This document shows, piece after piece, positions 25,241-36,253 of a stretch of DNA of 64,000 bases. Position 1 is the stretch's first letter; each line of letters starts with the position of its first letter. Where the stretch lies: positions 350,424,001 through 350,488,000 of the forward strand of contig NC_088791.1 in the NCBI RefSeq assembly GCF_011386835.1, given 5' to 3'. The stretch comes from Chrysemys picta bellii (Eukaryota). A program made the translations under genes and the position numbers. Below the pieces are notes generated by a model. The model saw only the letters and a program-made list of their open reading frames with translations. It was not told where the DNA came from and made no database searches.

Positions 25241-26845
25241 GCGGTGGACGGGGAGGCTCAGTGGTGGGGACTCAGGGGCAGTGGCCTCTGGCCCTGAAGC
25301 AGGGGCTGGGGGGTTGGGGGGCGGGAAAGGGAGAGCTCAGAGGCTGGGCGGCGGTGGGCAGAGGCAGGACCGAGGCTCTCGGGGTTAAGGCTCCAGTCGC
25401 TCTGAGGCTCTGGGCTGCCCACGGGGCCTCAGCCTCAGCTCTCCCACCTCAGGCTGCCCGCGCCCCAGCACGCCCCCGAGCCCTGCCTACACAGTTAGCC
25501 AGGGCTGCATCTGGTCGGCGGGCGAGCTGGGAGCCAGGGGGTCCTCACGTCCTTCCTCCATGCCTCCCCTGCCCGCCTGGCCCCTCAGCGTGCCTGGTTG
25601 CTTCCCGCCTCCAGCTGCAGCTGTCCTCCCCGAGCACCCCTCATCAGGCCTCGCCCTGACTCCACCCCCTCCCTGCCCCATTGGACCCCTCCTGAAATCC
25701 CCACCCTGGCCCCGCCTCTTCCCCAGCGCGCCGCGTTCCCCCTCCTCCCCCCTCCCTCCCAGGCTTGGCGCACAAATCAGCTGTTTTGCGGCCCAAGCAC
25801 TGGGAGCCAGGGGGAGAAGCAGAACACGGGCGCACTCAGGGGAGGAGGCGGAGTAGAGGCGGAGGTGAGCTGGGCAGGGCAGGGACCGGGGCACCCACGG
25901 AGTGGACGCCCAAGGCGCCACTTTTGGAGAATGTGCTCAGTGGGGGAGCGGCTGCTCCCCCCCAGCTACGCTCCTGCCTTCTCCTCCTCTTTACCCAAGG
26001 CTCCTCCCCCTCTCCAGGCCCGAAGCCAGAGCTGTGCCATGGTAAGAGTTGTCCAGGGTGCCAGAGGCACTGTCAGGAGCTCCAGACCCTCCACCTGCCC
26101 TGGGCAGGTCGCTGGGGGGTCTGAGATCAGCCCCCAGCTTGTGTCCCTCACCCAAGGATGTACCCCGGGAGTACTGTAGAGAGTTCCTGCTTTCTGCAGT
26201 GCACAAAAGATGCCAGCTGGACCTGTCAATGCTCTGATAGTTGGAAGTCTGGTCCTGTGGCCTTGGCACTGCTCTGTGACTCAACCGAGTTAGGTTTGAT
26301 TCCCGTGCCATGTGTGACCATGGGCAAGGCAGGGGTGCTCGGCGAGACAGTGAGGGGTCGGTAGTGGATTTCTCAGGGGAGTGTTGGAGTATCACGGGGT
26401 CATTGGGGGATTTGGACAGTCACCGGACCAGTGTTTGCAAGCCATAGAGGCTGAAGTGTGTAAATGTCAAACAATGGAGCAATGGCCACGGGGGCATCAT
26501 CTTAGATGATCTGGCTGGGAGAAAGTAGTCTGAGGGCAAAGGTCAGCTTCACCCCTTGGCCTTGTAACACGGACATGGCTGAGCACTATGGTGACTGGGC
26601 CCAGGCTCACACAGGTTTCAGCAAAGGCTGCTTCCACAAGAAAGGGGCAAAGAGATGGGAAGATGCTCTCAGAGACACAAGGTAGTGAAGCTGGATCCCA
26701 AAAGCTCCTTGGTGTCCCAAAAGAATGTAAATTGGGCCAGTTCTGTTCCTGTATCTCCAGAGCAACGCCTGTCTCCCTCAGCTTGTAGTGAGACGTGAGA
26801 TAGATGAATGTAGACGTGTGACAGCTGCCTGTTATTTTAAAAAAA

Positions 26846-27035
26846 TATGAGGAGGAGTGCAGTAGCACCTTAAAGACTAACAGATTTATTTGGGCATAAG
26901 CTTTCGTAGGTAAAAAAACCACTTCTTTTTACCCACAATCCTCATGCCCAAAGAAATCTGTTAGTCTTTAAGGTGCCACCGGACTCCTCGTTGTTTTTGT
27001 GTATACAGACTAACATGGCTACCCCCTGATACTTG
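26846..27035. mobile_element. Penelope-like element terminal remnant forming an inverted repeat
   Basis: ~65-bp arms GAGGAGTGCAGTAGCACCTTAAAGACTAACAGATTT.. / ..AATCTGTTAGTCTTTAAGGTGCCACCGGACTCCTC; partial hammerhead-like core on the minus strand. Confidence 0.6.
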
Positions 27036-27417
27036 TAATTGTAAAACCATTTTCTCTAATGCTTTGTGCAGTTTTCCAATAAACCTACTAGTTTTAAGGA
27101 GGCTGGGAGTGACTGAATAGCTCTGGCCACAAGCACCCGAAGGGAAGAGACTGAGATGTCCCATCAGACCTGCTTGGTGATAAGCTTTTATCATGGATGG
27201 TGTGTTGTCCCCAGCTCAAAGAGTGTGATTATTGTGAGATTTGCCCCAAGATATGAAAGGACCTGGTTTAGAGTGTAAAGAGACCATATATCCCAATTTT
27301 ACTGTGACAATCACGATTCTTCTTCTCCATCATCTATCCTTATTGAGTGCCTATCAGCATTCAGAGGAGCAACTTTTTCAAGTTGCATCCAAGGTAACGA
27401 TCCACTCAAGACATTGA

Positions 27418-27470
27418 TTCATAGAGTCATAGAGTTTAAGGCCAGAATTAGCCATTAGCTCATCTAATCC
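27418..27470 (-). mobile_element. CR1 3' tail
   Basis: TCATAGAGTCATAGAGTTTAAGGCCAGA is the reverse complement of a (TCTATGA)n CR1 end. Confidence 0.7.
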
Positions 27471-27829
27471 AGAGGTCTTCAAACTGGGGATGGGTCCCCC
27501 GGTGATGTGTGGTATATTCCAGGATGGGCGTGAGAAGCTTTAGGGAAAAAAACCCTTCCTGTGCACATTCTACCCATAGCCGTGAATAACTAGCCAAGAT
27601 GATTCCTCCAGACAGATCTGGTCTTCATTTGGTGCTGTGTTTTTGTCTCTAGGTGGCGCTGTGCATTTTATTGGATTTCTGATAAGCATGTCCCGCATGA
27701 CACTAAGTCCTTTTCATCTGAACGTGGATCCATATGCTATAGCGCGGTGTGCACATTTCTTTGTAAGCAGGGACTACATTCGTAGTTTTGCTTTTGCTCT
27801 TATTCCAATTGATCGTTAGCTCATACCCA

Positions 27830-28990
27830 GTTACAAACGCTGTAGAAATACAAAAAATATCAAAAAAACAAGCAAACATAATGTAAATACACTACCTCTC
27901 CAGTTTGGTGCACATGCCATTCAGGAGAAGTGTGCCATCGCAGAAAAAAAATGTAATTGGAGCTGAAACAATAAAGCAATTAAGTATAATCATACATTTC
28001 TCAAATATGTGTGTCAAACAAGCCGTTACTGTAAAAGAGGGCAAGGACGATGTTCATCTAACCTCCACGGGGCTTGCTACTCAAATTTTAAAAGCAATAA
28101 AATTGAAAAAGCCACGTCCCGCGCCAGAAGGCTGGAAAGCCTGGGGGGCGGAAAGACAAAATGGATGGGCTACCCATTCTCTAAATACAGGAAAGGTACA
28201 AATTTCAGTTACACTAGAAGGAGGTGTGTCTCCATACCTTAAATAATACTCCAAACCAAAAAAATTCACTAAAACAAGTCGTAGAAGAACTGGAAAAACA
28301 GAAATTAATCCGGAGGTGCTCAGTGCCTAATGCAACACCAATCTAGCCAGTAAAAAAACAGATGGAACATGAAAATTAACTATTGACTATTGAGGGTTAA
28401 ACAAAATTGCTAAGCAGGGAGCCCCCGTAGTAACTGCTTATCCTCTGCTGCTGGAGGTGGTATCCCCAGAAATAAAGTGGTTTTCTGTACGGAATGTGGC
28501 AAATGGTTTTTAAAGTTTTCTTTAAATCCAGAATCCCAGTATCAAACGGCTTCTGTGTTCCAGGGTACTCAATATTGCTAAAATGTTTTGCCTATGGGGT
28601 ACGGTGATACGCCCACAATATTCCATACTGCTGTAAAAATGTTTAAAAAATTGTTGCAAGCAAAAAAATTGTGAAGTATAGAAACAATATCTTGCTAGTA
28701 AGTAAAACAGAAAAGGAGCATAAAGGGTTTGTGCAGTAGTTACTGGGTTGTTCGTTAAAAAAAACACAATAAACCTAAACAAAAGAAGCAGCTAGTGCAT
28801 GGGGAAGCTTGAAAAGAGGGTTAATGAAAACACTTGCTTTGGCTGCCCCAACAATAACTTCCCTTTCGTGTTGTATCCTAGTGTTAAAAAATTCTGTAGT
28901 GTTAGTATAATCATGCAGAGTACTGGTACTGGGGGGAAAAACCTGTTACGTGCTGTACCAAAGCATTAACAGCTCCAAAAAGCAAACTAA
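27830..28990 (+). pseudogene. Endogenous retrovirus pro-pol fragment (class III-like), copy A, G-to-A hypermutated
   Basis: Reads LIRRCSVPNATPI*PVKK.DGT*KLTIDY*GLNK..NVANGF*S..QGTQYC*NVLPMGY..PTIFH..YRNNILL, i.e. RT motifs IWPVKKPDGTWRLTIDYRGLN / LPxGY / YxDD. Confidence 0.85.
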
Positions 28991-29062
28991 AACTCTTAAT
29001 TCTCTGAGTTTCAGGTAATCTCACAATGCTGAGCAGACAGCTGCCCTGCCCCAGCCACTAGC

Positions 29063-29200
29063 CCTAGAAAGGAAGGATGTCTCAGGGGTTAAAGTACTGG
29101 CCTGAGATACAGAAGAACTTGCTTCAGTTCCAGGCTCTTGAACTGACTTCTTCTGTGACTTTGGGAAACTCATTCAGTCCCTCTGTTCTTCAGCAATATG
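29063..29200 (+). mobile_element. Old tRNA-derived SINE (MIR/LF-SINE-like), 5' part
   Basis: GAAAGGAAGGATG..GGGGTTAAAGTACTGG..TCTGTGACTTTGGGAAACTCATTCAGTCCCTCTG; paralog at 59370-59511. Confidence 0.5.
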
Positions 29201-29206
29201 TGTTTT

Positions 29207-29712
29207 AATACGGCTCAATGTAAAGGTTACCTCTAGGAACAAAGGATGCTGGTCATCCTTACCGGATAGGGGACGCAGTGCTGGGAAGCAGTTACTCTGA
29301 AAATGACTTGGGGATCATAGTGGTTAATCAGCTGAACATGAGCTCCCAATGCAACACTGCGGCCGAAAACGCTACTGCAATCCGGGATGTATAACCAGGA
29401 GAATCTGAAGTTGGAGCAGAGAGGTTATTTTACCTCTTTATTTGGCACTGGTGTGACTGCTGCCAGAATATTGTGTCTAGTTCTGGGGTCTACAGCTCTT
29501 GATGGACATTGATAAATTGGAGAAGGTTCAGAGAAGAGACATGGGGATGATTAAAGGATTAGAAAACCTGCCTTAGAGGGACAGACTCAAGGAGCTCAAT
29601 CTATTTATCTTAACAAAGAGAAGGTTAAGGGTGACTTGGTCACAGTCTGTACGTACTGGCATGAGGAACAAATGTTTAACAAAAGGCTCTTCAATCTAGC
29701 AGAGAAAGTTAT
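29207..29712 (+). mobile_element. CR1 ORF2 fragment ending at the module 2/3 junction
   Basis: GACTTGGGGATCATAG..CAGCTGAACATGAGCTCCCAATG..GTTCAGAGAAGAG; paralog at 59515-59990. Confidence 0.85.
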
Positions 29713-29946
29713 GTGAACAGTGATGACAAGCCCGGATTCCAGGAATAGAGCCTGCAGCAGGGCTGGCACTGCAGTCCAGGTGGGCAGGATCACCACAAAT
29801 CCCCTGTGATTTGGCTTCCTGCAGTTTGCCATTGGCTGTGATGGGGTTAAAGCTGGTGCACACTAAGCCAAGCAGCTGAGGTTCCCTGATGGCCAAGTGG
29901 ATCCCAAGGGAATGTGCAGACATGCTTCATAAGGACAGCTGCCTCC

Positions 29947-30682
29947 TGTTGTGAGAGGCTACCGGTGTGGTGCTTCTGCTTTCTCCTGTTGATATCACTC
30001 GGCTGCGTGCGTGTGTTCCCTCTGTGTGCTGCCCCAGCTCTGCAGATAGCTGACACAGCAAACCCGACGAGAACCCCCAATAACCACAGAGTCTAGTAAG
30101 GTACAAAGGCACCTCGGCCAGGTTTATTGCGACCTCGGACACAATTGCAGTTCCCTGTAGATTACTTAGTCTACCGGGCATACGACTAATAGATGCCTCT
30201 TGGCAAGGACCCGGCTCAGTGGCGGGACTTTCCACTGCCCCCCCGTGGCCGGACAAAGACACCACCCCAGGGATACATTTTTATACACAGGTACAAACAA
30301 GTTACACATCACTCCTGACGTATTGAGGTGCAACCCCTCTACATAGCAAGGTGCCGCCTCTCACCTTGTACATGTTGGTTCGATGAAAACAACTCTATCC
30401 ATCATTTTACCCTTTTGCCCCTGTCATTGGGATGGGTCGGCCTGTTCCATGTTATCTGTGGAATGTTCCGGTACAGTGTATCTTGGTACCATGTTTAACG
30501 TTGCTAGGTGAATATATATTTATGCAACATCAGCCCTTTTCTTGCCAGCTTCTGTGAGCAGGGCCTGCCTCTTGCTCACAGCTTAACTTTGCTTTATGTT
30601 AGCAAAGTCTTGACCATTACTTTAGTTCGGTTCAGGTCTCAGGCCTCATACTGGGCCTTCATTAGGGCCTTCGCTTACTACA
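29947..30682 (-). mobile_element. Solo LTR (736 bp)
   Basis: TG...CA ends; perfect 5-bp TSD CCTCC (29942-29946, 30683-30687); minus-strand TATAAAAA near 30285 and AATAAA near 30128; empty site in the other modules. Confidence 0.9.
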
Positions 30683-32030
30683 CCTCCCTGTCTAAACAGA
30701 TACTGCCTGCTGCCTGTGCAACCTGTCTGATGAGTCCTTGTCCTTTAGGGTGAAGTCCTCTGGTGTCAGCGGCTCCCCTTCTAGCAGGAATTGGGTACGT
30801 TGGCAGGTCTCACTATCTTTAAAATGCAAAGTGATGTGTAAAGGCTGCGAGCTGTTTCCATTTGCAGATGTTCTGTGCTGCGGCAGCAAACTCAGCTGGG
30901 CTGTCGGGGTGACTCAGTGACAGGGGCTGGAGGGCAGCAGTGCTAGGTCGCTCGGCAACCCCTCCACTACATCTGCCCATGAGCCAAGGTGGGTTATTCA
31001 AGTAACACAGAAATGTGACGTTCAAAGTGAGCTCGGAGCATTAAAACTCCAGTGCCCTGAGTTAGGATTTCTCAAGTTGTCCCATTTGTAGAGCTGCAGT
31101 GTGCTCTGGGCCTGATCCTGAAACCCCTGATCCTGGGTCTGATCCTGAAACCCCACGGAATATCAGTGACTAGTTCACAAATTACCTCAGGTTTATTTGC
31201 TGTTGGGAATGTAATCAGCAAATGCATTTACAATTATTTTATTCTCTGGTTTGATTGTGAAGGCAGGAATTCAGACCTGCATTGCTCTCAGGTAACAGGT
31301 CCAATTGGGAATATTTCTGTTTTCTGACTAGAGGAGAGCTCCAGCATTTCTGCCTTGTATATACCCCTCAGAGTTACAGAGCTACATCTCTGCCTCGTCT
31401 CTGGTCTCCAAGTGCCAGATGTCAGGCATAACAGCTTTCCCTCTCATTGAGTGAAATCCTCCCACCCTCAGACTGGGACCTTGTCTACCACACACTGCGG
31501 GTCGAATGTGTTTGCCCTGCAGGTCCAAGTGGGTTCGGCACCTGTGGTTCTTCCCTTTGTGAGCATGTGACTAGTGACAAGTGACCAGCCAGCCTTCTTG
31601 AACCAAAATACTGTTTAATATGAACAGTAGGACTAAAGCCTAACAGTGGAGAATAAGAGGGTTTTAAAACAACAGTCTGTACACGTCTCTGACCCCAAGC
31701 CCTCCCACTCTGATGGGGACCCAGGCAGGCCGAGGGCCTTCAGACTTCCCAGCGGTGTCTCTGCCTGTCAATCTGAAGAGCTTCTCAGTAACAGATTCCA
31801 CACCTCTGGACAGAATCCCAGCACTGGCAAAACAAGCTGTGTAACGTGGCTGGAGCCTGGAAATAGGCTCTTCCCAGCTTGTAGCTCCAGTGTTGTCTCT
31901 CAGCTTCCCTGAAGTGCTGACTGAGAGATGGCTTTTCTCCAGCTGCTGCTTCCCTTTCTGCTTGTTTTCCCACATCCTGCTACTAAACTAACATGAGCCA
32001 TACTGGTTTCACCCAGTACAGCCATAACAT

Positions 32031-32090
32031 GAGGGCAGGGGACTGGACTCGATGACCTCTCGAGGTCCCTTCCAGTCCTAGAATCTATGA
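32031..32090 (+). mobile_element. CR1 3' tail, module-3-specific
   Basis: GGACTGGACTCGATGACCTCTCGAGGTCCCTTCCAGTCCTAGAATCTATGA; absent in the paralogs. Confidence 0.85.
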
Positions 32091-34225
32091 ATAAACATGC
32101 TAACAGTCAACCCAATGTAGCTCTAACGTTAACATCCGAAGAACTGGGTTTATCATACAGATTCATTATGGCAGCTCAGCTCCATGTCTGTCACAATGCT
32201 GTTCCCAGGTGCTACAGATTTTATGAATACAGGACAGAGACAGTCAGAGAGAGACAGAGAGAGAGCAATAGACTACTTTCCTGTGTGAAATGAAGTTCCA
32301 TTTCCATGAATACTCATGCATTTGACTTTGAAATCCACTTCCTGCACACCCTCATTGTGCCTGAATAACAGGTGCTGGAGTTACTATGTACTAGAGAGTG
32401 AGAGTTCAGGGAATGAATATTTTCTATACTGACAGGCTACAGACTGACAACAGAACCTGAAGAGAACCAGTCAGCTATTAACTCAGGAAGAAAGGAGCTA
32501 CTAAACTTTTGTTTGCTGACAAGCGACTGAATGAGGGCTGAGACGCTGCGATCTTTTCAAGTTCTGAAGAAATCCCGATGACAGACGCTACATTTTAAGT
32601 CCCACTCTAACCTGAGAAATCATCTCTGAAAGCAGATCAGAGGGGAAAGCCTGGATTGATACGTGTGTACTAAAGTACAGATGTGTAGATGTTATGCCAA
32701 AACTTTTCATTGTAATACAAATATTTCAAACCAAACTTTCATGGCATGCCTGTATATTGAAAGCCAGAAGCAGAGTTGTTGGAATCGCTACAGGAAGGAT
32801 CAGGGGTAACTTTACTGCTTAATAGCTTTTGCTTTAGAAAGTATTTCAGAAGTTCTCCACATACTGTTTGCAATGGGTTTGTTCTATTAACTCTTTGATC
32901 AGTGAACAGTTGAATGAAACTCTCTCCTGGGAAATGACCAGAAGCTGTTTGTGACACTTACATTTGGGCATGAACATTATCCCTCTGCAATACAGGTGCA
33001 AGTCTTTCCAAAAAGTCATGAGAGAACAGAAACGCTGATTTGTGTTTTAGCAAAGAGGCAAGCTGAGGTACAGAAAAAGGGAGTGTTACAGTGTTTGTAT
33101 GTAATTTTCGCCCATCACCCCTTACACGCACATGGCTGAAATAACTTGCACACTCAAGTGGATATTAGTGCAACCTGGTGTTCCCACTATTCACCCATGT
33201 GTGATGCCAACCCCTCCCCCACCCAACTGAAGTAACTATCTGTGTCATCTTGTAACTTCACAGATATCTATGGACCCTTGCATGGTGAGAGGATTCAGGA
33301 CCTTTGAGAATGAAGAGAAGCTTGTAGGGTGAAGGAACTGTCTGGATTCAGTCAACATTGCTGAGGCAAAGCACTTCAGCTCCTCTTGGAGGGATTCTTG
33401 GGGGTAAAAGTGTATCACCTGGTGCATTTGGTAAGGGAAAGTTAATAGAGCCCTGTTCTGAATGAATTAATCCATGTAAATCTGGAGTGATAACATTGAA
33501 GACAATGATATTGAATTCAGAACCTGGCCCTAAAAATTTATCCCATGTGCTGGAAAGAGGCAGACACATTTATAAATAGCTTCAATCCAGGACAACAGAT
33601 AAATACAATGACCAGTATCACCATGCACTTGCCATATGTTTGCACACACATCATAATACAATGGGCCAGAAAGAGTGTCTATGGGAAGGTCACAACTGTG
33701 AAATCACATAGCGCACAATAGGCTGTGGAACTCCCAGCCACAAGATATCTATGGGGCCAAGAGCTTAGCAGGCTTCAGAGAGGGATGGGATGTTTATATT
33801 GGTAAAAATTAAATCCCATTATAGTTGTGAGGATCTCTTTTAAAAAGTCTTGGAAGGGCCCTAAACCTTCCTGATTTACACCACAAAATATGTTTAAGTT
33901 GTGGGTATCGGGGGGAAACTTTCCCTGGGAGCAGGTTATCTCATAGCTGCCTATTGCAGGACTTCTTCCACTTTCCTTTGAAGAATCTAGGAAATGGCCA
34001 CTAAACACTGAGCTGAATGGACCACATGTCTGATCCAGTCTGGCAGTGCCTATCTTCCTGGTGGTGGTGAAAATCCGAGACTATATAGTTTCTCATTTTC
34101 CTTGAGATCCTGGGAGTCTCTAGACTTGCATTGAGAGCAGAAAGATGTCTCCCTAAATATCATCTAGTCTGCTGTTATTTATCCTTTCAGAAACTAAAGT
34201 TCAAAACTCCTTGGACCTGCCCAGG

Positions 34226-35307
34226 TGTGACGTTATTGACATAAACTGGGACCATATAGATCATTGTTGCAACCAAGGTCCTGTAGTGGCACCCAAATCT
34301 TGTATAAAGGGGGTCAAATGGGGTGTCTAGGACAAGGTTATGGTTTACTGGTTATGATTATGCTGTCTATATGTGTGTATCAGTTTTGTAGTCGAAGTTA
34401 TGAATATTGGCTCTATACTGTCTGTATGGCAAACTTATGCTATGCTTCTGGGTGACATCCCAGACAAGCTGAGATTAGCTCTGCCTAGCCTGCTTGATGA
34501 CCCATTAAGGACCATCAGCTATACAATGGACCCATTGAGAGAAGGCAGATACGCCTTGTACCTCAGCAAAGTATGCAGGGACTGGCCCATGTGACTCCAG
34601 ACTCCATGTTGCTGTAATTTTCCACAGTAAGAACAAAGAGGTGTTCTTACACCTGGAAAAGACTATATAAGGCTGATGCCTGATCTCCATCTGGTCTTCA
34701 ATCCTGCTTCATACCTCTGGAGGAACTTTGCTACAAGCTGAAGCTTTGAACAAAGGACTGAGGACCCATCCCAGCGGGGGATGTATTCCAGAGACTTGAT
34801 TTGAACCTGCAGTTTATTCCATCGCTGCTGCAAGCCTGAACCAAGAACTTTGCCATTACTGTATGTAATTGATTCCATTTAACCAATTCTAACTCTCATC
34901 TCTATCTTTTTCCTTTTATGAATAAACCTTTAGATTTTAGATTCTAAAGGATTGGCAACAGCGTGATTTGTGGGTAAGATCTGATTTGTATATTGACCTG
35001 GGTCTGGGGCTTGGTCCTTTAGGATCAGGAGAACCTTTTTCTTTTACTGGGGTATTGGTTTTCATAACCATTTGTCCCCATAACGAGGGGCACTGGTGGT
35101 AATACTGGGAAACTGGAGTGTCTAAGGAGATTGCTTGTGAGACTTGCAGTTAGCCAGTGGGGTGAGACTGAAGTCCTCTTAGTCTGGCTGGTTTGGTTTG
35201 CCTTAGAGGTGGAAAAAACCCCGGCCTTGGGCTGTAACTGCCCTATTTGAGCAATTTGTCCTGAGTTGGCGCTCTCAGTTGGGTTCCGCCAGAACCGCAT
35301 TGTCACA
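34226..35307 (+). mobile_element. Solo LTR (1082 bp) in the 5' UTR of the OR3 coding exon
   Basis: TGTGAC...GTCACA termini; perfect 5-bp TSD CCAGG (34221-34225, 35308-35312); TATATAA 34664-34670; AATAAA 34921-34926. Confidence 0.92.
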
Positions 35308-35317
35308 CCAGGACATT

Positions 35318-36253
35318 ATGTCACCTGCCAATGACACCAAATTCACACCTGCAGTGTTCCTTCTCACTGGGATACCTGGGCAGGAAGACGTTCATATCTG
35401 GATCTCTATCCCCCTCTGCTTAGTGTATGTTATTTCGATAGTAGGAAATTCAGTCATTCTGTTCATTATAAAAACAGATCCAAGCCTCCATGAGCCCATG
35501 TACATTTTCCTTTCCATGTTGGCCATCACAGACCTTGGCTTATCAATAGCCACAATTCCGACGATATTGGGCATATACTTGTTTAAATCTAGGGAAATCA
35601 GCTTCAATGCCTGTTTTGCCCAGCTGTTCTTCATCCACTCGCTTCAATGCATTGAATCCTCCGTGCTCTTGTTTATGGCCTTTGACCGCTTCATTGCAAT
35701 CTGTGACCCGCTGAGATATGCTTCCATCTTAACCCTGCCGAGAATAGGCAAGATGGGAGTGGTGTGTGTGCTAAGAGGAGTAGCCGTAGTAGTCCCACTC
35801 CCCATTCTCCTGAAACAGTTCAGATATTGTCGATCCAATGTCCTGTCCCATTCCTACTGCCTGCACCAGGAGGTTATGAAGGCAGCTTGTTCAGATATTA
35901 CAGTCAACAGCATCTATGGCTTCTATGTTTCACTCTTAATGATGGGGTTGGACTCATTGCTCATCTTCCTCTCTTATGTGATGATCCTCAAAACAGTGCT
36001 GAGCATTGTGTTCCAGACGAAGTGTCTTAGGGCTCTGAACACCTGCGTTTCCCACCTCTGTGTCATCCTGCTCTTCTACACTCCAGAGATTGGCTTGTCT
36101 GTGATACACAGATTCGGGAATAGCTCTTCTCACTTGCTTCAGATTTTCCTGGGCTACGTCTACCTTCTGGTCCCGCCCCTGATGAACCCAGTCGTGTACA
36201 GCATGAAAAGCAAACACCTTCGTGCGAGGATAATCAGATTGTTCATCAAGTGA
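35318..36253 (+). CDS. Class I olfactory receptor, OR51-family-like (OR copy 3), 311 aa
   Basis: MSPANDTKF start aligns with the paralogs; MAFDRFIAICDPLRY, SHSYCLHQE, LNTCVSH, HRFG, PPLMNPVVYS. Confidence 0.95.
   Translation: MSPANDTKFTPAVFLLTGIPGQEDVHIWISIPLCLVYVISIVGNSVILFIIKTDPSLHEPMYIFLSMLAITDLGLSIATIPTILGIYLFKSREISFNACFAQLFFIHSLQCIESSVLLFMAFDRFIAICDPLRYASILTLPRIGKMGVVCVLRGVAVVVPLPILLKQFRYCRSNVLSHSYCLHQEVMKAACSDITVNSIYGFYVSLLMMGLDSLLIFLSYVMILKTVLSIVFQTKCLRALNTCVSHLCVILLFYTPEIGLSVIHRFGNSSSHLLQIFLGYVYLLVPPLMNPVVYSMKSKHLRARIIRLFIK

Larger units (their letters stand above)
18690..25976 (-). mobile_element. hAT-superfamily DNA transposon, full length (7287 bp), disabled
   Basis: Perfect 8-bp TSD CCTTCTCC (18682-18689 and 25977-25984); imperfect TIRs CAGTGGCCTATCCAGG vs CAGGAGCGTAGCTGGG; the flanks join to give the module-1 empty site (~8650-8700). 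Confidence 0.93.
12108..29712 (+). repeat. OR duplication module 2 (expanded by the hAT and ERV insertions)
   Basis: Colinear with module 1 from 2017 onward; interrupted at 18690-25976. Confidence 0.8.

Noticed and set aside
23747-26395. Many overlapping 60-190-aa Pro/Gly-rich ORFs (similar ones at 47088-48268 and 57264-58601)
   Set aside because: Expected from GC-rich, stop-poor repeat and MITE sequence; no domain or codon-level evidence.
30224-30233. Perfect NF-kB site GGGACTTTCC in the solo LTR
   Set aside because: A single 10-mer lying downstream of the LTR TATA and degenerate in the related LTR (~10020); not enough to claim regulation.
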